From positions 2,824 through 66,823 of the forward strand of contig CANRHN010000003.1 of NCBI GenBank assembly GCA_947630425.1: a DNA stretch of 64,000 nt, given 5' to 3'. The stretch is from an uncultured Clostridia bacterium. GTDB lineage: Bacteria; Bacillota; Clostridia; Christensenellales; CAG-314. Below the pieces are notes generated by a model. It did not search any database, was not told where the DNA came from, and was given only the letters and a program-made list of their open reading frames with translations. Position numbers and translations under genes: made by a program. This document shows, piece by piece, positions 45,643 through 54,528 of the stretch; the first letter of the stretch is position 1; every line of letters begins with the position of its first letter.

Positions 45643-46971
45643 GTATATTCCGACCAAAGTGGAGCGAGGGTACTCCGTGAAAAATAATCTGCAAGACTTT
45701 TAGAACAACCGTTAGTTTGCTATCAGGAAATTATAGCTTCCCCACGAGTGTGGGCGTGGTGCGTAAAGCCAATCACCACAGTGTGGTGTTGGTAGCAGCC
45801 ACGCGCTCGCCGCTACTGACTTACCGCGGCGAGCGGTCCTTGTTGTCCCCGAAGGGGAAAAGGGACGAAATATTTACTTTGTGTCGAAACTCATCCACCG
45901 CTCGTCACAGCATTCCCTCGATAGCACCAACCTCGCGCAAGGCTCGGTCGGTTCCGCTATCGGTCGGCTGTTCCTCTCCCCAACAAGCTTCGTTATACTC
46001 AACTCGTTGGGGTCCCCTTTGCGGTCCCCCTTCTCTTGCGTCCTCAAGAGAAGGCTTTGTATGCGGCTTTTAGCTTGCTACACACAAAATAGTTGTGCCC
46101 ACTCGAAAGGGAAAGCTTATATGGTTATACGAAAATAAACATCGTCCCTATCGTCTGCTTTCGCAGACACTTCCCCACTCGTGGGGAAGCTACGCCTCTG
46201 TGACATACCTTGTTTCAAAACAAAATGTTTTAATTAAAGTTTCAACATTGTTATACTTTGCGCAACAAAGCAGATTATATCCGTGGCACAAACACAGAGC
46301 GAGTGTGTTCACCGAAAAATAATCTGCAGAGGTGCAATTAAGCATATATTCTTTTTTTGGATAAGTGGGAGCAAGTGCGTTGCGCAACAAAACAATCTGC
46401 AACTAACTACACTTTTCAACACAGCCGCGAGTGTGTTTCCCGAAAAATAATCTGCAGCGAGTACTTCATAATAAAAAACACACCAACCTTGTTTAACACA
46501 GGAGTGCGGGTGTTCGCATGCAAAACAATCTGCAACGAGGGCGTAGCCCGAAGCGAAGCCCGTTTTGCAGCGAATACCCAAGCGACATGCGAAGCCCTTT
46601 TTTCGGGGAATATACGAGCGGCACTGCGAAGCCATTTTGCGGCGATTGCTTGAGTTAAAGTTTTTTACGCTCTTGAAACTTGCCGTTACGAAGAAAAACA
46701 CCCCCGACCTTATTTAACAGGGAGCGAGGGTGTTCGCACGCAAAACAATCTGCAACGCACTACTACGAAGAAGTACACCCCAACCTTATTTACCCGGACG
46801 CGAGGGTACTCCGTGAAAAATAATCTGCAACGAACGCCTCACAATAAATTTTTACGAAGAAAAACACCCCCGACCTTATTTAACAGGGAGCGAGGGTGTT
46901 CGCACGCAAAACAATCTGCAACGAGGGCGTAGCCCGAAGCGAAGCCGTTTTGCGGCGAATACCCGATGCGA
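45643..46971. repeat. Mosaic repeat block RB8 (1.3 kb, gene-free)
   Basis: TCCGACCAAA at 45649-45658. Long-form core module at 45883-46054 (-). Eight copies of the 36-nt motif in reverse orientation (45661-45695, 46297-46330, 46374-46402, 46422-46458, 46501-46536, 46721-46756, 46796-46831, 46887-46922). Ends with CCCGATGCGAC abutting the mscS stop. Confidence 0.9.
45883..46054 (-). repeat. Core module, long form
   Basis: GTCGAAACTCATCCACCGCTCGTCACAGC...GGGGTCCCCTTTGCGGTCCCCCTTCTCTTGCGTCCTCAAGAGAAGG. Confidence 0.9.
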
Positions 46972-47937
46972 CTATCCTTTGTGTACCACAACCTGCGGGA
47001 AGGGTATGTCTATGCCGTTTGCGTCAAACATGTTTTTGACGGCGGCGTTCAGCTCGCGCGTGGCGTCAAAAATGTCCGATTCCTTGCAGTGGCAGGTAAA
47101 TTGCAGCGTAACTCCGCTTGCGCCCAGCGTGGCGACGCCGTTGTACGCAACGCTGTCCGTGGCGTGTTCCACCTTGAGGCTGCCGACATGCTTTTTTATG
47201 ATTTTTTCCACCTCGGGCAGCTTTGCGCCGTAGTCCACGTCGATGAGCGTTTTGGCAACGGACAAATCGGTGTCGTGGTTGACAATGCCGCGCAAATCGC
47301 TGTTGTTGATGATTTTGACGTTGCCTGCGGCTTTCAGCTTGGTGGTGCGCACGCCGATAGATACCACTTCGCCGCGGTAGTCTCCGACTGTTACCCAATC
47401 GCCCACATTGAATTCGTTTTCAAACACAATGAACAAGCCCGCAACAATGTCGGCAATCAGGCTTTGCATACCCAAGCCTACAACAAGAGTAAGCACTCCC
47501 GCTCCGGTAATCAAAGCGGTGGTGTCCACTCCGAACGCGGAAAGGACGATTATCACCGAAACAATGGCGGTCAGCCAATTCAGCAGGTTGCATATAAGGC
47601 TGGAAACCGTAACTCCGCGCGGAGTTTTGCCGAAGGAGAGACGAATACATATTACCGCCACGGTTACGACAAACAGCAATATGGTAACGGACTGAATACT
47701 TTTGGCGAGAACGGGCACAAATTTAAGCACCTTGTCAAAAAACAGCACGCCCGTTTTCGGCTCGACAAAGGGACTTTTTTCGGGGTCGGAGCTGAACAGC
47801 CAAGTGTAGAACACGTAGCTCAGCACGGTGACTGCAATCATCAAGACAAGCACCGTAAGGCGCGCCGGACTGATTGTGCGTATTTTCTTTTTGATACGTT
47901 CGTTTTCTTCGCGTAAATTTTGATTTACTTTAGACAT
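46972..47937 (-). CDS. Mechanosensitive ion channel (MscS family)
   Basis: 321 aa from ATG 47937 (AAGGAGG RBS at 47945-47951 on the minus strand). TM helices followed by DWVTVGDYRGEVVSIGVRTTKLK, the MscS beta-domain signature. The ORF-track start at 48072 is unlikely. Confidence 0.88.
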   Translation of the reverse strand: MSKVNQNLREENERIKKKIRTISPARLTVLVLMIAVTVLSYVFYTWLFSSDPEKSPFVEPKTGVLFFDKVLKFVPVLAKSIQSVTILLFVVTVAVICIRLSFGKTPRGVTVSSLICNLLNWLTAIVSVIIVLSAFGVDTTALITGAGVLTLVVGLGMQSLIADIVAGLFIVFENEFNVGDWVTVGDYRGEVVSIGVRTTKLKAAGNVKIINNSDLRGIVNHDTDLSVAKTLIDVDYGAKLPEVEKIIKKHVGSLKVEHATDSVAYNGVATLGASGVTLQFTCHCKESDIFDATRELNAAVKNMFDANGIDIPFPQVVVHKG

Positions 47938-48140
47938 TTTGAAACCTCCTTGTTTACGACAAACAATTATACACCCCATTTCCGCATTATGCAACCGTAA
48001 AAGGGCTTGTTCGTTGTCGAAAAGCGCGTAAAGGGGCGGAATTTTTTTGTTTGCCTTGCCTTTGCGCGGCAAGGGGAATATGTCGCTTCACCGCTTGCCA
48101 AAATGCGCCAAATATAGTAAAATTGAGACATCGAAAGGTT

Positions 48141-50219
48141 ATGAAAAAGTCTGTTTGTTTGCTGATTTCAATATTGCTTGTCATGGCGCTGTGTGCGGCT
48201 TGTCGGGGCACGCCGAACGCTGCTTACGGCGATGTCGTACCGTACAGTCAAACGGACTCGGACAGAGAAACGCTCTTTCCTTTCCAAGCGGACAACGGCG
48301 ACAAGCTGTCTATGCTAAACGTGACGAGCAATGGCAGCAACGTTGGGGTATATTTCGGCGGAGCGTACTTCAGCGCGGCGGGCATACCCATAGATATGTA
48401 CGTGTACACAAATCCGACTCACGACCTTGGTTTCAACGTCAACGGCAGCGCGCTTACGAGTGCGCAAACGGCAGAGCGCGAAACGTTGGTTCAGCTGTTC
48501 AAAAGGGTACACAGCTTTATACGCGAGGTGGACGATCTGGCAAACACAAGCTACGACGGCAGCAACGAAAGCGTGCCCACGTCCGACGTGTACAAGTACA
48601 ACAACATCGAAAAATTCGGTCGTCAAACCGCGGACGGCTACGTGTTGCAAATAGACGAACACACATACGAAATGCTAAAAATTGCGCAGGAGATGTACAC
48701 GGCAACGGAGGGGGCGTTTAACCCTGCCGTTTACCGTTTGGTGGATCTGTGGGGCTTTTCCTCCCGTGTTTACAGCAACGCAATTTACGACTCTTCCTTT
48801 TACACCATGCCTTACGACAGAAAAGTCGGCGCGGACGTGTTTTTCAGCAGAGACACGGGCGGCGGCTACCCATTGCCCGACCAAAAGTACGTCAAGGCGT
48901 TTTCCGACCCCGCTTTTACGGATTTTTCCGACAAAGCGGTGCATTTGTCTCTGGAGAACGGCAACTTTTACGTTACCAAAAGGGTTGAACCCGTAACCGT
49001 AGACGGCGTCAGCTACTCGCAGTGGATCGACCTCGGCGGCATTGCCAAGGGCTATGTTGTGGACTGTATCAGGGCGATGATGCGCGAAGAAGGCTTTGAC
49101 AGGGTAAGCGTCAACGCCGGCGGCAGCAGCATGGGCTACGGCAAGGGATACGACGGCAAAAGCTTCGATCTCGGCATAGAAAGCGCGTTCAACATGTACT
49201 TTTCCTTTGCGAGCATTTGTGTTGCCGACTGCAGCGTTTCCACAAGCGGACAGTACGTGCGCAAGTACTATGTTGACGGCGTGGAGTACTCTCACATTCT
49301 GGACGGCGTGAGCGGCGAGCCTGCGCAAACGGGCGTCAAGGCGGTGACGGTTGTTGTGCCCGACGGCGAAATGTACGGCGCGGCAAAAAGCGACTGTCTT
49401 ACGACGGCGTTGACGGTGATGGGCAGGACGGGCATTGTGGACTATGCCAACTATCTGAAGGAAAATGGACTTGACATAAAAATCGTGGTGCAGTACGAAA
49501 CGTTGGACGGCAAAAAACAGCTGTTGACAAATTGCACGACAGACGAGCTTGTAAGTCAGGACGGCGAGCTTGAGCAATTGGGCTGGGCGTTGAAGTTGGA
49601 CGAAAACGGCGTTTTCTACTACGACGCAAACGCGCAATTCAAGGGCAAAACGGACGTTTACAAGGTGCTGCTCATTGTTTTGGGCTGCCTGTTGGGCGCG
49701 GCGTTGATTGCGCTGGTAATTTACCACTTTGTAAAGGGGCGCAACCGCACGCTTTCCAACGTTCGGCACGCCAAAAAGGACAAGCCCTTCAGAATGGGCG
49801 ACTTGGCAGTGTACGTTGTTGTGGCGTTGGTAATTGTGGTGCTGTTTTGCGTGTTCGTGTTCGACTCGGACAAAAACGCCGTGCAATTGGTAACGGTGAT
49901 AGACGAACAAACGGGAGAAACGCTGTTTGTGTACAACCCTGTCAGAAACGAGCTTGTACAAAACGACGACAACTTTCGCAATTGGAAGATAGAAGTGAAG
50001 TCCTCCGCAAACGGCGTGACGGTGCGTTTCAGCTGCGAAATGGATGGCGAGGAACGCTTTAACGAGCTGAAAATTACACGCGGCAACGACTTTTCCGTAA
50101 AGATGATTGATTCCCGTTGCGGCTATCATCAGGATTGCGTCAAAAACTTTCCCGCCCTTACCAAACCGAACGGAGCAATTGTGTGTAGCCCCAACAGGCT
50201 AAAGGTGGTGACGGCATGA
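48141..50219 (+). CDS. apbE: FAD:protein FMN transferase (ApbE) lipoprotein fused through two TM helices to a NusG domain II-like (DUF1312) module
   Basis: Lipobox LCAAC. ApbE motifs GAFNPAVYRLVDLWGF, DLGGIAKGYVVD, VNAGGSSMG and HILD. Then two hydrophobic helices and the C-terminal CGYHQDCVKNFPAL...IVCSPNRLKVV pattern typical of NusG_II proteins. Confidence 0.8.
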   Translation: MKKSVCLLISILLVMALCAACRGTPNAAYGDVVPYSQTDSDRETLFPFQADNGDKLSMLNVTSNGSNVGVYFGGAYFSAAGIPIDMYVYTNPTHDLGFNVNGSALTSAQTAERETLVQLFKRVHSFIREVDDLANTSYDGSNESVPTSDVYKYNNIEKFGRQTADGYVLQIDEHTYEMLKIAQEMYTATEGAFNPAVYRLVDLWGFSSRVYSNAIYDSSFYTMPYDRKVGADVFFSRDTGGGYPLPDQKYVKAFSDPAFTDFSDKAVHLSLENGNFYVTKRVEPVTVDGVSYSQWIDLGGIAKGYVVDCIRAMMREEGFDRVSVNAGGSSMGYGKGYDGKSFDLGIESAFNMYFSFASICVADCSVSTSGQYVRKYYVDGVEYSHILDGVSGEPAQTGVKAVTVVVPDGEMYGAAKSDCLTTALTVMGRTGIVDYANYLKENGLDIKIVVQYETLDGKKQLLTNCTTDELVSQDGELEQLGWALKLDENGVFYYDANAQFKGKTDVYKVLLIVLGCLLGAALIALVIYHFVKGRNRTLSNVRHAKKDKPFRMGDLAVYVVVALVIVVLFCVFVFDSDKNAVQLVTVIDEQTGETLFVYNPVRNELVQNDDNFRNWKIEVKSSANGVTVRFSCEMDGEERFNELKITRGNDFSVKMIDSRCGYHQDCVKNFPALTKPNGAIVCSPNRLKVVTA

Positions 50220-50767
50220 AAAACAAAACCAACTTTTTCTCCGCGCGCCGTATCGCGCTGCTGTCCGTTTTGACAGCAATGGGACTGATAATGTTTATGG
50301 TGGAAAGTTTGTTTCCGCCGCTGTTTTTGCCGGGGGCGAAAATGGGGCTTTCCAACATCTTTTCGCTGCTTGCGCTGTTTGTGCTTGGACCGACGGAAGC
50401 GTTTATACTTGTAATTGTGCGCACAACATTGGGCAGCGTGTTTACGGGCAACGTGTCAACGCTTATTTACAGCATGACGGCGGGACTGACGTCCGTTGCC
50501 GTGTCTACGTTGTTGGTGGAATTTGTCTACCCGCGTATCAGCATAGTTTCCGTTTCCGTGGTGGCGGCGGTGATGCACAATTTGGCGCAAAACGTTGTGT
50601 TCTGTTTGGTAAGCAACACTCCCGAAATGTTTGCATATATGCCTTGGCTTGCGCTTATAGGCGTTGTGGCGGGCATTATCGTCGGCTTTGCGGTGTGGTT
50701 TGTTTTGCGAACCGTGCCCACCAAGCTGTTTGTCGGCGTTTCGGATTTTGACGAAAATCAATCGTGA
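50216..50767 (+). CDS. Gx transporter family (heptaprenyl diphosphate synthase component I-like) membrane protein
   Basis: 183 aa. ARRIALLSVLTAMGLIMFMVESLFPP...PGAKMGLSNIFSLLALFVLGP matches the Hpre_diP_synt_I/Gx family. ATGA overlap with apbE. Confidence 0.78.
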   Translation: MKNKTNFFSARRIALLSVLTAMGLIMFMVESLFPPLFLPGAKMGLSNIFSLLALFVLGPTEAFILVIVRTTLGSVFTGNVSTLIYSMTAGLTSVAVSTLLVEFVYPRISIVSVSVVAAVMHNLAQNVVFCLVSNTPEMFAYMPWLALIGVVAGIIVGFAVWFVLRTVPTKLFVGVSDFDENQS

Positions 50768-50841
50768 GAGCGACACGCAATTAAAAAAAACGCTGCCACC
50801 TTTTCTTCATTGCGCAACAAAGCAGATAAAATGTACAAAGA

Positions 50842-50873
50842 AGGCTTCCCTATACAGAGAAGCCTGTTTTTTT
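50842..50873 (+). terminator. Rho-independent terminator
   Basis: AGGCTTC-CCTATACAGA-GAAGCCT, then G and TTTTTTT. Confidence 0.8.
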
Positions 50874-50879
50874 GCCAGA

Positions 50880-51397
50880 AACAAAGCCGTTTTGCGACGA
50901 ATACCCGCGCTTCTTGTTGAACAAGGTCTGGAATTTTGATTTGAACTGTTTGTTTTGAGACAAAGTTTGTCTCGGGGAAGCTATTTTTTTATGGTAAAAA
51001 GTCAAAAAAAGACTAAGAAACAAATGTTCAAACGTGAAAGTAATCAAATATAGAAGCCGACTTCTATATTAACTCGGTGTTTTCGCGCGCGGAGACGGAC
51101 GTTTCGTCCGTAGTAGCGGAAAAAGCGAAAATTCCGTTTGCAAGTGGCGACCTGCGCGGCACTTGCAATCCACCCCGGGGGTGCTGGGGGTACGGGAGAC
51201 CCCAGCGAAGGTCAAATTAAAAGAAGCCGCGTGCAGCGGCTTCCTTAGTAGTCCGACTTTGGCGACGCTTCGCGCACGAAGTGGCAGTATCGTGAGAACT
51301 TACCCAAAGACGGAAATATGGTAAATGGGAAGAATCGACTTTTACGGAGAAACCGATTTGTAAAGCGAACGATACGCTCGCCAAACGTTTGGTCGGA
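50880..51397 (-). repeat. Mosaic repeat block RB9
   Basis: On the minus strand it starts with TCCGACCAAA (51388-51397) directly after the MFS stop. It contains the terminator module, CTGGGG...CCCCAG, GGACGAAACGTCCGTCTCCGCGCGCGAAAA, the palindrome ATATAGAAG-CCGA-CTTCTATAT (51048-51069) and GGTATTCGTCGCAAAACGGC. Colinear with RB2. Confidence 0.88.
51217..51243 (-). terminator. Terminator of the MFS gene (repeat-borne)
   Basis: GAAGCCGC-TGCAC-GCGGCTTC followed by TTTTAA on the minus strand. Confidence 0.7.
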
Positions 51398-53116
51398 TTA
51401 GTCGTCGCCGCCCGAAAGCATTTCCAATTTGGACTTGGGCGTGACGGGCTTGCTGTCGCCGTGGCGAACAAACAGCATCGTCACAAAGGACGCGGCGGCG
51501 AATATCGCGCCGTAGGGGAACAAAATGGACATCGTGCCGAACGCGTCCATCAGCGCGCCGGAGAGTATCGGGGTGATGACCTGCGCCGCCATGGAAGCGG
51601 TGTAGTAGTAGCCCGTGTATTTGCCGATGTTGCCGCCCTTGGAAAGTTCCACGACCATCGGGAAGCTGTTGACGTTTATCGTTGCCCAACCAATGCCCGC
51701 CAACGCAAACAGCAGCCACAGCAGCCAAGAGGGGCTGGCAGCGGTGATGAATATCGCTCCGAAAAACGCCGCCGTCAGCATTACAATGCCGCCCAAAATG
51801 GACTTTTTGCGCCCGATTTTGCTTGCGATGATACCCACAGGCACGTAAGCTACTATTGCCGCACCCTGCGCGATCATCAGCGTGGTGTTGTAGTCCTTGT
51901 TGAGCACGTTAAGCGCGTACACGCTGTACTTGCTTGTAATGGCGTTGTAGCCTGTAAACCAAAGCGCAACGGATGCAAGTATCAGTATAAGCGAGCGCAG
52001 TCTGCCCTTGTCGAGCTTTGTTTGCGCGGACTGTTCCTCCGCGGGCTGCTCATTTGCCTCTTGTTCGTCCAACAACGCTTGCTGTTGGAGCATTTCGCCG
52101 TTCCAACGCTTTTCCTTTACAGTCAGCACAAACACGATGAGCGCAGCCAACATGATACCGCACACCGCCAACACAAACCAAGTGTATTTCATCATCTGAT
52201 TTGCCACCTTGCCCGTGCCGAACAGCATGCCGAGTACCAACACCAACAATCCGCCCGCCGTGCCCATCAGATTGATTATGGCGTTGCCCTTGCTCCTTAG
52301 AGGCTTGACGGTGACGTCGGGCATCAGCGCGACGGCAGGGCTGCGGAAGGTTGCCATTGCCACCAACAACGCAAGCAACACAATGATGTAAACAACCAAG
52401 ATCCACCAATTTGCTTGGGTAACGCCCTTTGCAAACTGCGCTTCGGCGTCGGAAACGAGGGAGGAGTAGGCGTTGGTGGTGCGAGCGGTGACGGGACTTC
52501 CGTCGTCGGCGTACACCAGCTTGTTGTTTTCCGTTTTGCACAAGCGGTAGTTTTCTTCCGCGTCCTTGGTGGGTTTGGAGTAAACGTACACGGTGTCGTA
52601 GTCAAGTTCGTTTTTGTACCAATCTCGCACAGTTGCCTGTTCCTCTTGGGACAGCTCGTCGAATGTCTTGTTGTAGTACACCTTTGCGGCATAGTCCCAC
52701 ACTTTGTAGCTTTCGGGGACGTCCTTGTTGGTGATGTTGTGGTACTCGCGGTTTTCCACAACGTAGTTTGTACTCCAATATGTCTCTTTTGAACCGTCGG
52801 AAAGTTTCTTTAGTTGCGCGTTGTCTACAAAGCTCAATCCCACAAAGCAAACTATCGCCGCGATTGCGCCTATCACAATGAAGGGCGTGCGCTTGCCAAA
52901 GCGCGTTTCCTTTTTGTCGGAGAGCGCGCCGAACAGCGGCAGCATAAACAATGCCAGCACGTTGTCGAGGGACATGATGACGCCCGACCAAGTTTGATCC
53001 AATCCGAACTTGTTGGTGAGCATCAACGGTACAATGGTGTCGTATGCTTGCCAAAATGCGGAAATGAGAAAGAATGCAAAGCCTACAAGAATTGTGCGTT
53101 TGTAATTTAATTTCAT
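51398..53116 (-). CDS. MFS transporter (GPH/SLC45-like) with a ~140-aa hydrophilic insertion
   Basis: 572 aa from ATG 53116 (MKLNYKRTILVGFAFFLISAFW). GALSDKKETRFGKRTPF is typical of the glycoside-pentoside-hexuronide/SLC45-like branch. The ORF-track start at 53182 is unlikely. Confidence 0.8.
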   Translation of the reverse strand: MKLNYKRTILVGFAFFLISAFWQAYDTIVPLMLTNKFGLDQTWSGVIMSLDNVLALFMLPLFGALSDKKETRFGKRTPFIVIGAIAAIVCFVGLSFVDNAQLKKLSDGSKETYWSTNYVVENREYHNITNKDVPESYKVWDYAAKVYYNKTFDELSQEEQATVRDWYKNELDYDTVYVYSKPTKDAEENYRLCKTENNKLVYADDGSPVTARTTNAYSSLVSDAEAQFAKGVTQANWWILVVYIIVLLALLVAMATFRSPAVALMPDVTVKPLRSKGNAIINLMGTAGGLLVLVLGMLFGTGKVANQMMKYTWFVLAVCGIMLAALIVFVLTVKEKRWNGEMLQQQALLDEQEANEQPAEEQSAQTKLDKGRLRSLILILASVALWFTGYNAITSKYSVYALNVLNKDYNTTLMIAQGAAIVAYVPVGIIASKIGRKKSILGGIVMLTAAFFGAIFITAASPSWLLWLLFALAGIGWATINVNSFPMVVELSKGGNIGKYTGYYYTASMAAQVITPILSGALMDAFGTMSILFPYGAIFAAASFVTMLFVRHGDSKPVTPKSKLEMLSGGDD

Positions 53117-53378
53117 AAAAAACCTTTTTTGAAACGGTCTTGCTCGTAAATTGCCGATGTGCGCGTTTGCGCAAGATAACAATGCTTCTTTTACTATTAT
53201 ATATTAAAAACCGTCCTTTGTAAATACGCTTTTAAAATTCCCTTTGCAATTGCGTTTTGCGCTTGTGCGCTCGACAAAAATTTTCAAATAGAGTGCCTTT
53301 GTATGCGCGGCGACAGCCATTTTGCGTTTTGTCGTGGCATACAATGTAGCGTAAAATTTTGTCGGGAGGCAACAAATT

Positions 53379-54527
53379 GTGACAAAGTGGAAAACCGTCA
53401 AGCAGCCGTCGTCGGGGCAGAAAAAAGAAAAAAACACCAAAAAACAGCACATGGGGTCGAAAAAAGGCAAGCTTCGCCTGATTTTGCCCATCGTTTTGGT
53501 GGTGGCAATGGCAGTCGGCGCGCTCGTTTGGGCGTTGCCGCATCTGCCCGTCAAGCCCCAAACGCAAAACAGCGCGAGCTTTAAGGGTGTGGTGGAGATG
53601 TGGAACGTGGAAACCTTCGAAGGCGGCGTAGGCAGCCGCGAATCCTGGTTGGTGGGTCGCGCAGCCAAATTCGAAAAGCAAAACGCCGGCTTGTACGTGC
53701 ATGTCACCACGCTGAACGTCGAACAGCTCCGCTCCAAATTGGAGCAGGGAGAAAACTTCGATATGGTCTGCTTTTCCCGAGGGGCGGGCGCGCTCCTTCA
53801 AAGCAGACTGTGCGCAGCGGACGTTGACGTTGGCGCGGTCAAAAACAATTTTGCCCTTTCGGGACAGGTAGGCGGCTTGCAGTACGCGGTTCCTCTCTAT
53901 GCGGGGGCTTACTGCCTGTTTGCCCGTGCCGAAATGCTTTCCGCAGACCGTTTGGTGCAAGGCGCGCTTTCTCAAACTTACGAGCGCAAGGTGGGCAAAA
54001 CCACCGTCACGCTTGCGCCACTTGTTTGCGGCTTTACCCCCTACAACAGCCCTTTGTCCGCTTTGGCAATGTCCGGCGGACAGGGCAAGGCGCAGCTGCA
54101 GAGCGAGCTTACGCAGTACGAGGCTTACGAGCAGTTTCTCGCCAACCGCACGGCGGTAACGCTGTTGGGCACGCAAAGAGACATGTACCGACTGTCCCAA
54201 AGAGAAGCCAACGGCAAAATAGAAGCCCTTGCCTTTGCGCCCCTCGGCGGTTACACCGATTTGGTACAGTACGTGGGTATAGGCGTTACGGACGCGGAAA
54301 AATCCGCCGCGTGCAACAGCTTTTTACAATATCTTTTGCAGGAAGAAACGCAGTCGTCGCTTACGGAGTTGAGCCTGTTTTCCGTGTTGCAGCAGAGCTT
54401 TTACACCTCCGACAGATACCGCGAATCGGAAGCGTTGCTGCCTCAAGCCTACGTGCCCAACGTGTTCGGCGACGCGGAAGCGATTGCGCGTCAACGCCAA
54501 ACGGCGATAGACACTCTGGCGGTGTGA
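53379..54527 (+). CDS. Membrane-anchored hypothetical protein, weakly solute-binding-protein-like
   Basis: 382 aa. Basic N-terminus, one TM helix, then a pattern reminiscent of family-1 SBPs (VEMWNVETFEGG...FEKQNAGLYVHVTTL...FDMVCF). GTG start after GGGAGG. Function uncertain. Confidence 0.5.
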   Translation: MTKWKTVKQPSSGQKKEKNTKKQHMGSKKGKLRLILPIVLVVAMAVGALVWALPHLPVKPQTQNSASFKGVVEMWNVETFEGGVGSRESWLVGRAAKFEKQNAGLYVHVTTLNVEQLRSKLEQGENFDMVCFSRGAGALLQSRLCAADVDVGAVKNNFALSGQVGGLQYAVPLYAGAYCLFARAEMLSADRLVQGALSQTYERKVGKTTVTLAPLVCGFTPYNSPLSALAMSGGQGKAQLQSELTQYEAYEQFLANRTAVTLLGTQRDMYRLSQREANGKIEALAFAPLGGYTDLVQYVGIGVTDAEKSAACNSFLQYLLQEETQSSLTELSLFSVLQQSFYTSDRYRESEALLPQAYVPNVFGDAEAIARQRQTAIDTLAV

Positions 54528-54528
54528 T

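Noticed and set aside
46297-46922. Possible CRISPR array (36-nt repeat GTTGCAGATT...CCCTCGCTCC on the minus strand at 77-91-nt spacing)
   Set aside because: The intervening sequences are themselves repeated and pair with the repeat to form hairpin plus T-run units. The repeats are only ~70-90% identical. Copies are scattered singly in other intergenic regions, and no cas genes are present.
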